Assembly (NCBI GenBank): GCA_001825035.1
Contig: MHUO01000006.1
Location: forward strand, 19,444-75,467
DNA from: Candidatus Wildermuthbacteria bacterium RIFOXYD1_FULL_50_12
GTDB taxonomy: Bacteria > Patescibacteriota > Minisyncoccia > Minisyncoccales > UBA10102
Reading direction: 5' to 3'
DNA: 56,024 nucleotides
The stretch's first letter is position 1. Each line of letters opens with the position of its first letter. Below are positions 9,199-18,367 of this stretch, piece by piece. Made by a program: the position numbers and the translations under genes. The notes under the pieces are model-generated. The model was given only the letters and a program-made list of their open reading frames with translations. It ran no database searches and was not told the origin of the DNA.

Positions 9199-10191
9199 TT
9201 ATAGCATAGTTTTCTTTATCTGCAATGTGCCGTATTTTGTGGGAGAATCGGATTTTTTAAGCAAACCTTTGCTGGCGCCCCATTGCGTGAGAACTCCGGT
9301 CGCGTTTGCCGAAGCGAATTGAATGGCGTATTCAATGTCTCCCGGCTTTTTGATGAGCGCCGCGACAAGGCCGGAACCAAAAGCGTCGCCCGCTCCCGTG
9401 CGATCCACCACGCGCTTTAAGGGCAGCACACCCGAGGACCATCTCGTTTTCCCGTCGGAAACTTCCACTCCCTTCGCTCCCCGCGTCATAATCACCAAAC
9501 CCCTCACCCATTTGTCCAATTTTGAAAAAATCTTTTCCCGTTCCTCATACAGTTCTCCCGTTACGTAACTGGCCTCCTCCTGATTGACGATAAACACATC
9601 GATATCATACAAATAGGGCAAAATCCGCTTTTTGTCTTCAAGCTGGGTCTTGCCCGGATTCCACGCGACTTTTATGTTGTTGCGGTCGGCATATCCAATG
9701 ATTTCGGGAACAAGATCTGCCGATTCTCCTCCCAAATGATTAAGATATATCCACTTGGTCTCTGCCAATTTCTTCCATGGAATATCGGACTTGCGCAAAT
9801 GCCATTCGGCGCCCCCGTAAGATAGAATCGTTCTCCCCCTTTTTCCGGTCGTGAGAATAATTGAACAGGCGGTATTGCCTTTCTTGTCAACAATCAAAAA
9901 ATCGCGAGCAATACCCTTTTCTTGAAAATAATCGCGGAGAGAGTGACCTGCAGAATCATCACCCACCACCGTGAGCGCTCCCACTTTCAATCCTTGGTTT
10001 GCAAAAGTGATTGCCGTGTTCACCGCTCCCCCGCCGGTGAAAGATTTGAGATCCTCAATATACAGCTTGGATCCCAAGGACATCGCGAGCGCCTCGCCGG
10101 TCTTAAACACCTTGGTTTTCAGCACTTTGAAATCCCGACTCTGCACAAACACATCTCTCACCGCAGACCCTATTGTGATTACGTCAAACAT
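9199..10191 (-). CDS. PfkB-family carbohydrate kinase
   Basis: GGGAVNTA and DRTGAGDAFGSG signatures. Confidence 0.92.
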   Translation of the reverse strand: MFDVITIGSAVRDVFVQSRDFKVLKTKVFKTGEALAMSLGSKLYIEDLKSFTGGGAVNTAITFANQGLKVGALTVVGDDSAGHSLRDYFQEKGIARDFLIVDKKGNTACSIILTTGKRGRTILSYGGAEWHLRKSDIPWKKLAETKWIYLNHLGGESADLVPEIIGYADRNNIKVAWNPGKTQLEDKKRILPYLYDIDVFIVNQEEASYVTGELYEEREKIFSKLDKWVRGLVIMTRGAKGVEVSDGKTRWSSGVLPLKRVVDRTGAGDAFGSGLVAALIKKPGDIEYAIQFASANATGVLTQWGASKGLLKKSDSPTKYGTLQIKKTML

Positions 10192-10199
10192 ACGTTAAC

Positions 10200-11204
10200 T
10201 CATCTCTTACGGCGCAAGGCCCTTTTTACTGCTTGAATAATATACTTTGCAGTGAGACCAAACGCTTCTAAAAGCTCATCGGGTTTTCCCGACTCGCCGT
10301 AGCGATCTTGGACACCGATCATTTCTACTGGCACGGGGAAATTCTTTGCCAACATTTCAACCACCGCGCTTCCCATGCCACCGGCAACCTGATGTTCCTC
10401 CACGGTTACTACCACTCTGGTTTTGCGCACCGAGGCAAGAATCGTTTTTTGATCCAAGGGTTTTATGGTGTGATTGTTAATCACTTCCGCCGAAATCCCC
10501 TGTTTTTGGAGTTTACTTGCGGCGAGTAATGCCTCGTAGAGCAAGGGGCCGCTTGCAATAATTGTTACACCTGCCTGCGCAGGCAGGTCTTTCCCTTGCC
10601 AGAATATCTCTGCTTTTCCGAATTTGAACGGCGTTTTTTCTGTGGTGATTACTGGCGTGGCTTCTCTGGCAAGACGAATGTACACGGGCCATTCAATCTC
10701 TGCCGCGGCGGCGGTTGCTTTCTTTGCTTCAATCGCGTCGCAAGGATATATCACTCGCATATTCGGCATTACGCGCATTAAAGCAATGTCTTCCAACGCC
10801 TGATGAGTGGCGCCATCCGGGCCCACAGAAATTCCGGCGTGAGCTCCTCCGATTTTCACATTGACGTCGTTCAGGGCAATAGTCGTTCGAATCTGCTCAT
10901 TGTTGCGCCCCGGGGAAAATGTTGCGTAAGAAGAAATAAACGGGACTTTTCCAGCCAAAGCCATGCCGGCAGCCAAAGACGCCATATTCTGTTCTGCCAC
11001 GCCAACCTCAACGAATCTTTCCGGAAATTTCTTCTGGAAGTATTCTGACCTCGTTGACTCTGACAAATCCGCGCACAGCACCACCACATTAGGATTCTTT
11101 TCTCCCGCAATAACCAAACCTTCCCCATAACCGTTTCTTGTCGGGGTTTTTTTAACGTCTTTTGCAAAAACCTCTGGCGCCAAATATGCTTTGGGGTTGA
11201 CCAT
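10200..11204 (-). CDS. Transketolase, C-terminal (pyrimidine-binding) subunit
   Basis: GVAEQN, GPDGATHQALED, VTVEEH; start MVNPKAY immediately after the N-subunit stop. Confidence 0.92.
   Translation of the reverse strand: MVNPKAYLAPEVFAKDVKKTPTRNGYGEGLVIAGEKNPNVVVLCADLSESTRSEYFQKKFPERFVEVGVAEQNMASLAAGMALAGKVPFISSYATFSPGRNNEQIRTTIALNDVNVKIGGAHAGISVGPDGATHQALEDIALMRVMPNMRVIYPCDAIEAKKATAAAAEIEWPVYIRLAREATPVITTEKTPFKFGKAEIFWQGKDLPAQAGVTIIASGPLLYEALLAASKLQKQGISAEVINNHTIKPLDQKTILASVRKTRVVVTVEEHQVAGGMGSAVVEMLAKNFPVPVEMIGVQDRYGESGKPDELLEAFGLTAKYIIQAVKRALRRKR
10569..10588. repeat. Perfect 20-bp palindrome ACCTGCCTGCGCAGGCAGGT inserted in-frame in transketolase
   Basis: Gives GKD-LPAQAG-VTIIA where homologues usually read GKDVTIIA. 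Confidence 0.75.
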
Positions 11205-11206
11205 AT

Positions 11207-12067
11207 TTATTCTCGTATCCCTGTGATCTTTACGCCTATCGCCCTTAATTCGCGAAGGGCGGTTTTTGCTTCTTCGGGTTTTGGCGGCTTTCCATGCCAT
11301 TCAAATTTGTTCTCCATAAAACTCACTCCCTTGCCTGGAATGGTATGCGCGATAATGCAAGTCGGCTTTTCCTGGGTCGCCTTTGCCTGCGAGCAGGCGT
11401 CAATGATTTCTTCAATGTTATGCCCGTCAATTTCTATCACATTCCAGTTGAATGCTTCGTACTTTGCTCGCAAGGGTTCCAAAGGCATTATATCCTCCAC
11501 ATACCCATCAATCTGAATATTATTGCGGTCAATGATTCCCGTGAGATTGTTGAGCTTGTTTTTCCCCGCGAACATCGCGGCTTCCCACGTCTGCCCCGCT
11601 TCCTGCTCTCCGTCTGACATCGCGCAAAACACTCTCCAATTTTTCTTATCAATATACTTTGCCACATACGCCATGCCTGCGGCCTGCGACAAACCAGAGC
11701 CCAAGGGCCCGGATGTAGTTTCAACTCCGGGCAATTTTTTTCTTTCCGGGTGTCCTTGCAATCGAGACCCAAATTTTCTCAAGGTTTTTAACTCCTCAAG
11801 CGGAAAGTAACCAGCCCTTGCCATCGCAGCATATCGGACAGGACAAATGTGCCCATTCGACAAAATCAGGCGATCCCGCTCCTCCCAATCAGGGTTTTTC
11901 GGGTCGTGGTTCATTACCGCGAAATACAGCGCAGTAAATACATCTGCCATGCCCAAAGGCCCAGCTGAATGCCCAGACCCTGCCTCTAAGAGCATCCTTA
12001 TGATATCCTGCCGTATCTCATTTGCGATTTTGTCTAACTCCTGTAGCGAATACTGCTTTTTTGCCAT
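11207..12067 (-). CDS. Transketolase, N-terminal (TPP-binding) subunit
   Basis: SGHSAG, LQGHP, SDGE...N TPP motif, HTIPGKG; start MAKKQ. Confidence 0.93.
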   Translation of the reverse strand: MAKKQYSLQELDKIANEIRQDIIRMLLEAGSGHSAGPLGMADVFTALYFAVMNHDPKNPDWEERDRLILSNGHICPVRYAAMARAGYFPLEELKTLRKFGSRLQGHPERKKLPGVETTSGPLGSGLSQAAGMAYVAKYIDKKNWRVFCAMSDGEQEAGQTWEAAMFAGKNKLNNLTGIIDRNNIQIDGYVEDIMPLEPLRAKYEAFNWNVIEIDGHNIEEIIDACSQAKATQEKPTCIIAHTIPGKGVSFMENKFEWHGKPPKPEEAKTALRELRAIGVKITGIRE

Positions 12068-12155
12068 AAATGGAATAAGTTCTCCTATTATACCAAATCT
12101 CCCCATTTTGGGGGAGGTTAGATATTAACAGATATTCGTCTCTTAGATTGACTTT

Positions 12156-13304
12156 CTATCCTGGACCCCACACATTTTCACCCTCAAATTTCTTATCCCC
12201 TAAGTAATTTCTGAATATTTCATATCTTGGTTCTTCCAAGTTTGGAGAAAAGACAGGTGGTTGGTCAATCAGCATACCACATTCTTGGGGTGATTTTGGT
12301 ACAGACCAATTTGTTCTGAAAAATCTCTCATCGTATTTCTGGCTGTATATGTAAAATTCTATTCTGCATCCGGTGCACGTTCCCCCACACCCAGATGAAG
12401 CCCAGTATACTTCGTCTATTCCATCCTTATCGATATCTATAATTTTGGGTTTCTCGTAAATATGACCAGAAAATCCGTCATTCCACACCTGATGTTTCTC
12501 TTTATCCAAAATATAAACGGTATGGCTTTCTCCGGGGTATTTTTGATCACATACCACCAGCGTCCCCTTGCCCTGCGCATCAACAAGCTGTATTGGAGCG
12601 GTCCAAGCTAAGCTATACTGAGGGTTCTCTCGGCAGACGGAATCGAATGTACTCACAAACCGAAATGTGGAGAGGATCTGGCGGAATAGTTTCCTTGAGG
12701 ATTCTGTGCTTTCAGAAAGAGTCACAAACATTGCTACCGTACCGTCTTTAATGTCGGCTTCAGCTATCGCCTTTTGGCCTTTTCCCCAATCGATAATAAA
12801 ATTAATTTCGTCTCCTTCTAAAATCTCACATCTTTCATTCTCGCGATAGGCGCCGCAGAAAGACACGCCCAGGACTGCGCGGTTTGCAAACGTAAGCGTC
12901 ATAAACGGCTCTCCTTTCTCATCGTTAACTGTAGTACGATCCTCAAATTCAATCGTGTCCCACTTATCAGGATAATCAAATTCAAACCCAAACTCCTCAT
13001 TGCGGTAGGTTTGCCAGGTTGCTGTTTCGTTTGTTCGAGATTCTTTTGGCACGCATATACCTCTTGCGCCAGGAAGAGGATCAATTTTTACGCATTCAGA
13101 ATTATCTGAACATTGCATATCTTCGATGCCTCCGCATTCTATTGCATCAGTAGGTTCTATCTTTTTGTTCGCTTGTTGTAATTCTTCTCTGGGTGCATTC
13201 GCAATTTTCAACAGCAAAATCCCGCCAATCGTGACGGTACCGGCGACAAGCATCACGATAAGAAGCAGTTTGATTTCGGGTTTAAAGTCTTGGAATGGAT
13301 TCAT
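12156..13304 (-). CDS. Modular surface protein B
   Basis: TM anchor; CGGIEDMQC...GICV Cys module; WQTYRNEEFGFE...QILSTFRFV; C-domain DIDKDGIDE...GGTCTG. Confidence 0.8.
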   Translation of the reverse strand: MNPFQDFKPEIKLLLIVMLVAGTVTIGGILLLKIANAPREELQQANKKIEPTDAIECGGIEDMQCSDNSECVKIDPLPGARGICVPKESRTNETATWQTYRNEEFGFEFDYPDKWDTIEFEDRTTVNDEKGEPFMTLTFANRAVLGVSFCGAYRENERCEILEGDEINFIIDWGKGQKAIAEADIKDGTVAMFVTLSESTESSRKLFRQILSTFRFVSTFDSVCRENPQYSLAWTAPIQLVDAQGKGTLVVCDQKYPGESHTVYILDKEKHQVWNDGFSGHIYEKPKIIDIDKDGIDEVYWASSGCGGTCTGCRIEFYIYSQKYDERFFRTNWSVPKSPQECGMLIDQPPVFSPNLEEPRYEIFRNYLGDKKFEGENVWGPG

Positions 13305-14407
13305 ATTCTAGGGTTTTGCACTTCTTTCGCACAAACAAAATCCGTAGTCGTACGAGGATCGGTCGTCGAACTGGGAGTTTTTTCACCCCTGGTCACATTA
13401 TCGTACTTTCCAACGCAACTATAACAGATGATTGGATCAGGAGACGAACAAACCTTATACGAGCATGGCACATTACTACCACATCCTAGAACTTCCCAAT
13501 TCCATTGAGCTTGAGAAGTTAGTTCCACAAACCGAAACGTGGAGAGGATTTGGTTAAAGATTTCTCTTGAGACAGTAATTCTAGAAAAACGAAAGTATAC
13601 ATCCGACCGACAGAATTCAAGTTCATCTTTTTCGCTGTTTCGTTCAAAAAATAACTTTACATCATCGCCACTAAGATTCGTGTAGTTAGAGCAATCAAAA
13701 TATCCGTCAGGAGCAACGTACATGTTCATTTCGCCCTCCTCTCTAGTTAGGTCGACCCCTTCGGAGCCAAAAGCAAAAATCTGGGGATTAGCGCCAGCGC
13801 GAAATTCTGTTTGTCCCGGCCCTAATCTACCCGGGAAACTACTTTCAATCTTCCAATCTTCCGGATACCTCACCTCAAACCCAAACTCCTCGTTGCGGTA
13901 GGTTTGCCAGGTGGAAATATCAATTTCAAGGGCCTGTTGTTTGCAGGACTGGACAAATAGAGATCCGTATTCTGGATCGTTTCGACTAGGCATTGAATCG
14001 CAAAGATCAGGACGTTTGAGCTTTTTGGCAAGCTCTCGCAAGCATCCATCTTTAGGACTTACACCGCTCGGAAAATGTTCTTCCGATAGGGTAAGGCAGT
14101 AGTCGACATCGCTTTTCGCAACCGCATAATCTATTTTGCAGTATTCGCGGGCTTGGTTAGGTCTCACCCCAAAATCCTGAATGGTATGGTCTTTGTTGAT
14201 TTTATTACAGAGTTCTGGATTATTTGTTTCGATAGCTCTTGCAAATGCTTTTTCGTATGTCCATTCTTCTTGGAATGGGATAAGTGGCTCTCCTGGATGC
14301 ACTTCTTGTCTATATATAACCCATCCCAAAACAAGGATAAGAAGCGAGATTCCTCCGAGTACCGCAACTTTCCAATTTATCTTTACAAAAGGATTGAATA
14401 AAAGCAT
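13301..14407 (-). CDS. Modular surface protein C
   Basis: TM anchor; Cys-spaced helical repeats; WQTYRNEEFGFEVRYP...QILSTFRFV; Cys-rich tail. Confidence 0.8.
   Translation of the reverse strand: MLLFNPFVKINWKVAVLGGISLLILVLGWVIYRQEVHPGEPLIPFQEEWTYEKAFARAIETNNPELCNKINKDHTIQDFGVRPNQAREYCKIDYAVAKSDVDYCLTLSEEHFPSGVSPKDGCLRELAKKLKRPDLCDSMPSRNDPEYGSLFVQSCKQQALEIDISTWQTYRNEEFGFEVRYPEDWKIESSFPGRLGPGQTEFRAGANPQIFAFGSEGVDLTREEGEMNMYVAPDGYFDCSNYTNLSGDDVKLFFERNSEKDELEFCRSDVYFRFSRITVSREIFNQILSTFRFVELTSQAQWNWEVLGCGSNVPCSYKVCSSPDPIICYSCVGKYDNVTRGEKTPSSTTDPRTTTDFVCAKEVQNPRI
13524..13545. repeat. Right conserved box TCCACAAACCGAAACGTGGAGA; 22/22 identical to 8044..8065
   Basis: Further copies at about 12654-12684 and 15759-15792, orphan at 14921-14947, degenerate at about 17331-17360. 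Confidence 0.9.
13847..13921. repeat. Left conserved box of the surface-gene family; 69/75 nt identical to 17691..17765
   Basis: Manual alignment; further copies at about 8461-8507, 12970-13019 and 16120-16161. Confidence 0.9.
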
Positions 14408-14410
14408 GCC

Positions 14411-14662
14411 TTAGAACTTTTTATACGTTTTCTCTGAACGACGCTCGATTGCTAAAATAAAAATATCCGCATCGGTCTTGCGATAGATAATGCGGATGTC
14501 GCCTTTGCGGACACGAAAAATATCATCTCGTTCTTTTAGTCTCTTTATATCCAAACCCTCAAATTGCTCTTGTGTAATTTTCCTTAAAATCGCTCGCGTT
14601 GCCTTGCGTTCTTTTGGCGTGAGTTTCCGCAACGCCTTTTCAGTCTTGTCCATAAAAATCAA
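14411..14662 (-). CDS. RelE/ParE-family toxin
   Basis: IKRLK...IFRVRKGDIRIIY...ERRSEKTY; overlaps the antitoxin stop. Confidence 0.85.
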   Translation of the reverse strand: MIFMDKTEKALRKLTPKERKATRAILRKITQEQFEGLDIKRLKERDDIFRVRKGDIRIIYRKTDADIFILAIERRSEKTYKKF

Positions 14663-14871
14663 AGGCGAGAGAGCAGTTCCTTTATCGGCACCCCGCCCTT
14701 CCGGATCTTGGTGAAATCAACTACTTCTTCCCATTCTCCTCCCTCGACAGGAGAAATACGAAAAAGCGGTTTGGAGCGCCGCATCACAACCAAACTTTCC
14801 CCCCGTTTCACCCGGGCTGTATATTTCTCAATGTTCTGCCGCAATTCTTTTAAACCAATAATATGTTCCAT
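14659..14871 (-). CDS. Phd/YefM-family antitoxin
   Basis: IIGLKELRQN...VKRGESLVVMRRSKPLF; start moved to ATG 14871. Confidence 0.85.
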   Translation of the reverse strand: MEHIIGLKELRQNIEKYTARVKRGESLVVMRRSKPLFRISPVEGGEWEEVVDFTKIRKGGVPIKELLSRL

Positions 14872-14878
14872 ATACTTT

Positions 14879-14907
14879 AAGTTTACCTTAAGATAAACTT
14901 TAGTCAA
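14879..14907 (-). promoter_or_regulatory. TA promoter (TTGACT-N16-TAAACT) overlapping palindromic operator AAGTTTA-C-CTTAAG-A-TAAACTT
   Basis: Palindrome 14879-14900 directly upstream of the antitoxin ATG; type II TA operons typically autorepress. Confidence 0.65.
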
Positions 14908-14917
14908 TCCCCCCCCC

Positions 14918-14950
14918 TTATTCTGTAAACCGAAATGCGGAGAGAATGAC
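14918..14950 (-). pseudogene. Orphan right-box remnant encoding VILSAFRFTE*
   Basis: Intergenic copy of the ILSTFRF box ending in TAA, not part of any ORF. Confidence 0.6.
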
Positions 14951-14966
14951 GAGCAAGATGTATGTA

Positions 14967-16640
14967 CTACAGATTAAAGAATGGGGAATCGCGCAAAAAT
15001 TCTATCTCTTGCGGCAGCAATCCAACTCCCGGGTAATTCCCGTGCCATTGCATAATGCTTTGGTCAGCATATTGCTCTCCGGGATGGGGAAGCCCGAATG
15101 CATGGCCGAGTTCATGGGCAGGGGTTCCCTTCGGGACTCCTCCGCCGCACTGCCATCCTGAACTATACACACAGGGAATACCCCACTCATTAGGAACGCC
15201 GGAAATCGGTTCCAACACCCAATCGCTCACCACCGCCCATCCGCAACTGTTTCCGTCTGAATTCGCGCCCGCGTATCCTCCGCCTCCTGCGCCAAAAACC
15301 AGATACGCCGTATCTGCCGCCCAGCAAGGTCCCCCCGCGTAATACGCCGCCGCTCCACCATAAATAGCTTCATTCATGTACTGGGCCCAGTTGCCTTCAA
15401 ACAGAGAAAGATTGTTTATGCATTCCTGACGGGGATTCTCTCCGCAACGCATTTCAAGATAATTCCGAAATGGATGACGTATTACCTCAAGCGGAACCAT
15501 CTGAAAGGTAGCGCCTACCTGGTCAAAATACCACTGCCGAAGTTCCGCAAGGTATCCTTGCACCGCGGTTTCATACAAGGGAATCATTGCTTTGTCCGCC
15601 GGATACACCAAGTATGGCTTCACGATAAAAACCATCGGCTCCTCGATTTGAGTAACAACCGGCTCCCGTTCCTCTTCTTGGGAGTTCTGCTTTTTGACAT
15701 TATTTGTCTCCTGCGAAAGAGTTTGGACTTCTGTTTGCCTATCTTGCATCCCCTCTGATTCTATAAACCGAAAAGTGGAAAGGATTTGGCGGAAAAATGA
15801 TTTCACATCCCGGCTTGGCGAATGTAAAATATCAATTACAACCATCCCGCCTTCTGATTTCAGAATTTCGGCTCTCGATCTAGTGAGAGCGCCTTCCGTT
15901 TCAATATCCCAGTCAATGAGAAATTCTACATTATCAAAGGTGAATCTCTCGCAACGAGAATCGTTTGGATACGCTTCGCAATAACTTATTCCTCTTGCAT
16001 CGAGCGTACTTTGTGAAATATATCCAAACTGTAAAAAATAACTCTCCCCTGTCAGCTTGCCCAAAAAAGAAGTATACGCTTCTCCCGTATTCTTTTGCAA
16101 AACCAGAACAGATGGAAATTTCACCTCAAAGCCGAAGTCCTCGTTGCGGTAGGTCTGCCAGTTTATAGTTTCGGCTGTTTTTAATTCAACTTCTGAAATA
16201 GTCCAGATTTTTCCTTCACCAGGAATTGGCTGGATTAAAGTCACGACATACGTTTTATCCTCATGCTTTACGTCAGTAGAAAATTCATTTATGCTTTTGC
16301 CGAATTCTGCTTGGATGGAGGTATCGGGAGTATCTAAAGTTTCAAGGTCTTTTTCAGGATCAAATCCATACTGCGCGATTTCAGCTCTTAAAACCATAAT
16401 CGGATTTAATCTCCATGGCTGATGACCTTCGTCTACCGAAGATTGAATTCCGCTTATCAAGTTATAGTTTATTTCCACCTGGCCTATTTTAATCTCATTT
16501 TTTGCTTCGTTTTGAATATCTAATTTAGGTAGATTTGCACTTTCATCTTGCAAGGACAGTAAAACCCCTCCTCCGACGATAACAACTAGAGCAATTACAA
16601 TTGCAAGAAATTTCCAGTTTGTTTTGGCGGAGAGATCCAT
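14967..16640 (-). CDS. Modular surface protein D with C-terminal metzincin Zn-peptidase domain
   Basis: TM anchor; VDEGHQPWRLNP module; WQTYRNEDFGFE...QILSTFRFI; HELGHAFGLPH and SIM Met-turn. Confidence 0.85.
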   Translation of the reverse strand: MDLSAKTNWKFLAIVIALVVIVGGGVLLSLQDESANLPKLDIQNEAKNEIKIGQVEINYNLISGIQSSVDEGHQPWRLNPIMVLRAEIAQYGFDPEKDLETLDTPDTSIQAEFGKSINEFSTDVKHEDKTYVVTLIQPIPGEGKIWTISEVELKTAETINWQTYRNEDFGFEVKFPSVLVLQKNTGEAYTSFLGKLTGESYFLQFGYISQSTLDARGISYCEAYPNDSRCERFTFDNVEFLIDWDIETEGALTRSRAEILKSEGGMVVIDILHSPSRDVKSFFRQILSTFRFIESEGMQDRQTEVQTLSQETNNVKKQNSQEEEREPVVTQIEEPMVFIVKPYLVYPADKAMIPLYETAVQGYLAELRQWYFDQVGATFQMVPLEVIRHPFRNYLEMRCGENPRQECINNLSLFEGNWAQYMNEAIYGGAAAYYAGGPCWAADTAYLVFGAGGGGYAGANSDGNSCGWAVVSDWVLEPISGVPNEWGIPCVYSSGWQCGGGVPKGTPAHELGHAFGLPHPGEQYADQSIMQWHGNYPGVGLLPQEIEFLRDSPFFNL

Positions 16641-16652
16641 AGCGTCTTCTAG

Positions 16653-18365
16653 TTACTGAACATTTAATACGCCTGGCTCTTTCTGTAAAATTTCATCAAT
16701 ACTTTCTGAAAGATATTTATTTTGAGTAACTCCCGCCGGAATCTTTACGTATTCCTCTCCATTCCAATCATAGAGATAGAACTGTAACCTACGCGCACAG
16801 CCGCAACAATAATCTGAAGGATTTTCTGACCAGCGACTATCTACCGTGATAATTCTAGTGGCCGAGCCATTTTCTCCGGCAAATTTAAATGGCCAACCCT
16901 GACAGCCTGAAGCAATCATCAAGGGCCCTTCTATTATCGAAAATCTATCGACTTGCCAAACAAGAAGATATAGCTGTTCCGTATAACCTGAGCCCATGGC
17001 ATAAGATATGCCGGTTATAGCAATTGCGTTTCTTCCGTCGCCCCAAAAATCAGATACGAATCTAGCGGAATCAACTTCATTCCGACCAGCAAAAGTGTAG
17101 CCAAACTCTTCTTGGAGGCAATCTTCGGTACCAGAAAAAACTTTTAGCATAATTGGCTTGGATCTTTCTCCAACGCTACTAATTTCTCTGTAGATTCCAA
17201 CGATTTCACTTGTTTGGTCTTTATTCAGATCGATTTCGAATTCCAGATTGTAAGCTTGCTCATTCCCTCCCCAATCGTTTTTGGCAAGTTCGTAGCCAAA
17301 GAAATCTGTCGGTGAACAAACTCCGATCTTATCTATAAATTGGAATGAGGAAATGATCCGTTCAAAAATTTGGTCAAAAGAAGCAGCTTTTGGATCATTT
17401 TCCCAATATGCACCAAAAACTTTTACAAAGCCACCTGTGGGATAGCTAAATCTCTTTGTGGTGTAGACAATATTAATATTGTTCGCAAGCTGAATGGTTG
17501 TTTTCCCCTCAAAACTCTTAGGCTCTGATGCTCGAGCAAAAGTAACCCATGCATTACCTTTTGGAGGAATTCCGCCAACGCTGGTACCTGGAATCGAGCC
17601 AATAATTCCTGGAATATACTCAGATTTATCAACAGTGGCGATCTCTGTGACAGGAGTATCTTTCCCAAAAGCGAAATCATAATCACGAGTAATCTTCCAA
17701 TCTTTCGGATACCTCACCTCAAACCCGTACTCCTCATTGCGGTAGGTTTGCCAGGTGGAGGTATCGATAGAGATCTTCTCAGTGTTTTGATTCGCAATTG
17801 CAATACCGCCTTCCACGAAATTGATCTCAACTTTCAGTTTCTCTCCTTCCTTTATTGAAATGGGAACGCATCCAAAGAAACGAACCGGAGCTTCGCCAGC
17901 CTGCTGCTGCGTGGCATTTGTGAGACAGAGCATAAACTCTCCTTCTTCCGAAATGATCGAGAACCTTCCAGATGAATTTAAAGAAGAAGACGCAATAATA
18001 TATTGGGAGGCGACTTCTTCTGAAATACCTCCCTGGAGATACCCAACGCTCTCCTCCGGAGTCGGTAGCTCAAATTCCTGAAGAAAAGACGCGAGGCGAT
18101 TTGCTGGGAATGTCACAAGAGCGCCTTGTGTTTGCGGAAAGTCGGGAATCGTCGCAATGTCGTTTTTATAGGTTACGTTGCCTTCGACAATACCTTGGCC
18201 GGGCAAAACAGCGGACGTAGGAGCGGGTGTTAGAGCGACTGGAGGAGTTTGAGCGACTGGTTCTGGCTGCATGGTCTTCAACAACAAGACCCCGGCAACG
18301 AGGATAACGGCAACGAGTGCCACGATGAAGAATAATTTGATTTCGAATTTGAAGTCGTGAAACAT
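16653..18365 (-). CDS. Modular surface protein E
   Basis: Start MFHDFKFEIKL just after the rpe stop; WQTYRNEEYGFEVRYP...IISSFQFI; DLNKDQ Ca-loop-like C-domain with CCGC. Confidence 0.8.
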   Translation of the reverse strand: MFHDFKFEIKLFFIVALVAVILVAGVLLLKTMQPEPVAQTPPVALTPAPTSAVLPGQGIVEGNVTYKNDIATIPDFPQTQGALVTFPANRLASFLQEFELPTPEESVGYLQGGISEEVASQYIIASSSLNSSGRFSIISEEGEFMLCLTNATQQQAGEAPVRFFGCVPISIKEGEKLKVEINFVEGGIAIANQNTEKISIDTSTWQTYRNEEYGFEVRYPKDWKITRDYDFAFGKDTPVTEIATVDKSEYIPGIIGSIPGTSVGGIPPKGNAWVTFARASEPKSFEGKTTIQLANNINIVYTTKRFSYPTGGFVKVFGAYWENDPKAASFDQIFERIISSFQFIDKIGVCSPTDFFGYELAKNDWGGNEQAYNLEFEIDLNKDQTSEIVGIYREISSVGERSKPIMLKVFSGTEDCLQEEFGYTFAGRNEVDSARFVSDFWGDGRNAIAITGISYAMGSGYTEQLYLLVWQVDRFSIIEGPLMIASGCQGWPFKFAGENGSATRIITVDSRWSENPSDYCCGCARRLQFYLYDWNGEEYVKIPAGVTQNKYLSESIDEILQKEPGVLNVQ

Positions 18366-18367
18366 GA

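Noticed and set aside
14909-14917. C9 homopolymer as a phase-variation switch for the TA promoter
   Set aside because: It lies upstream of the predicted -35, so a length change would not alter promoter spacing or any reading frame
7611-18365. Diversity-generating retroelement as explanation for the repeats
   Set aside because: No reverse transcriptase in the window; the repeats are short conserved boxes flanking unrelated modules, not a ~100-bp TR/VR pair differing at template adenines
7611-18365. Integron cassette array
   Set aside because: TA modules and variable genes are suggestive, but genes abut or overlap with no room for attC hairpins, and no intI is seen
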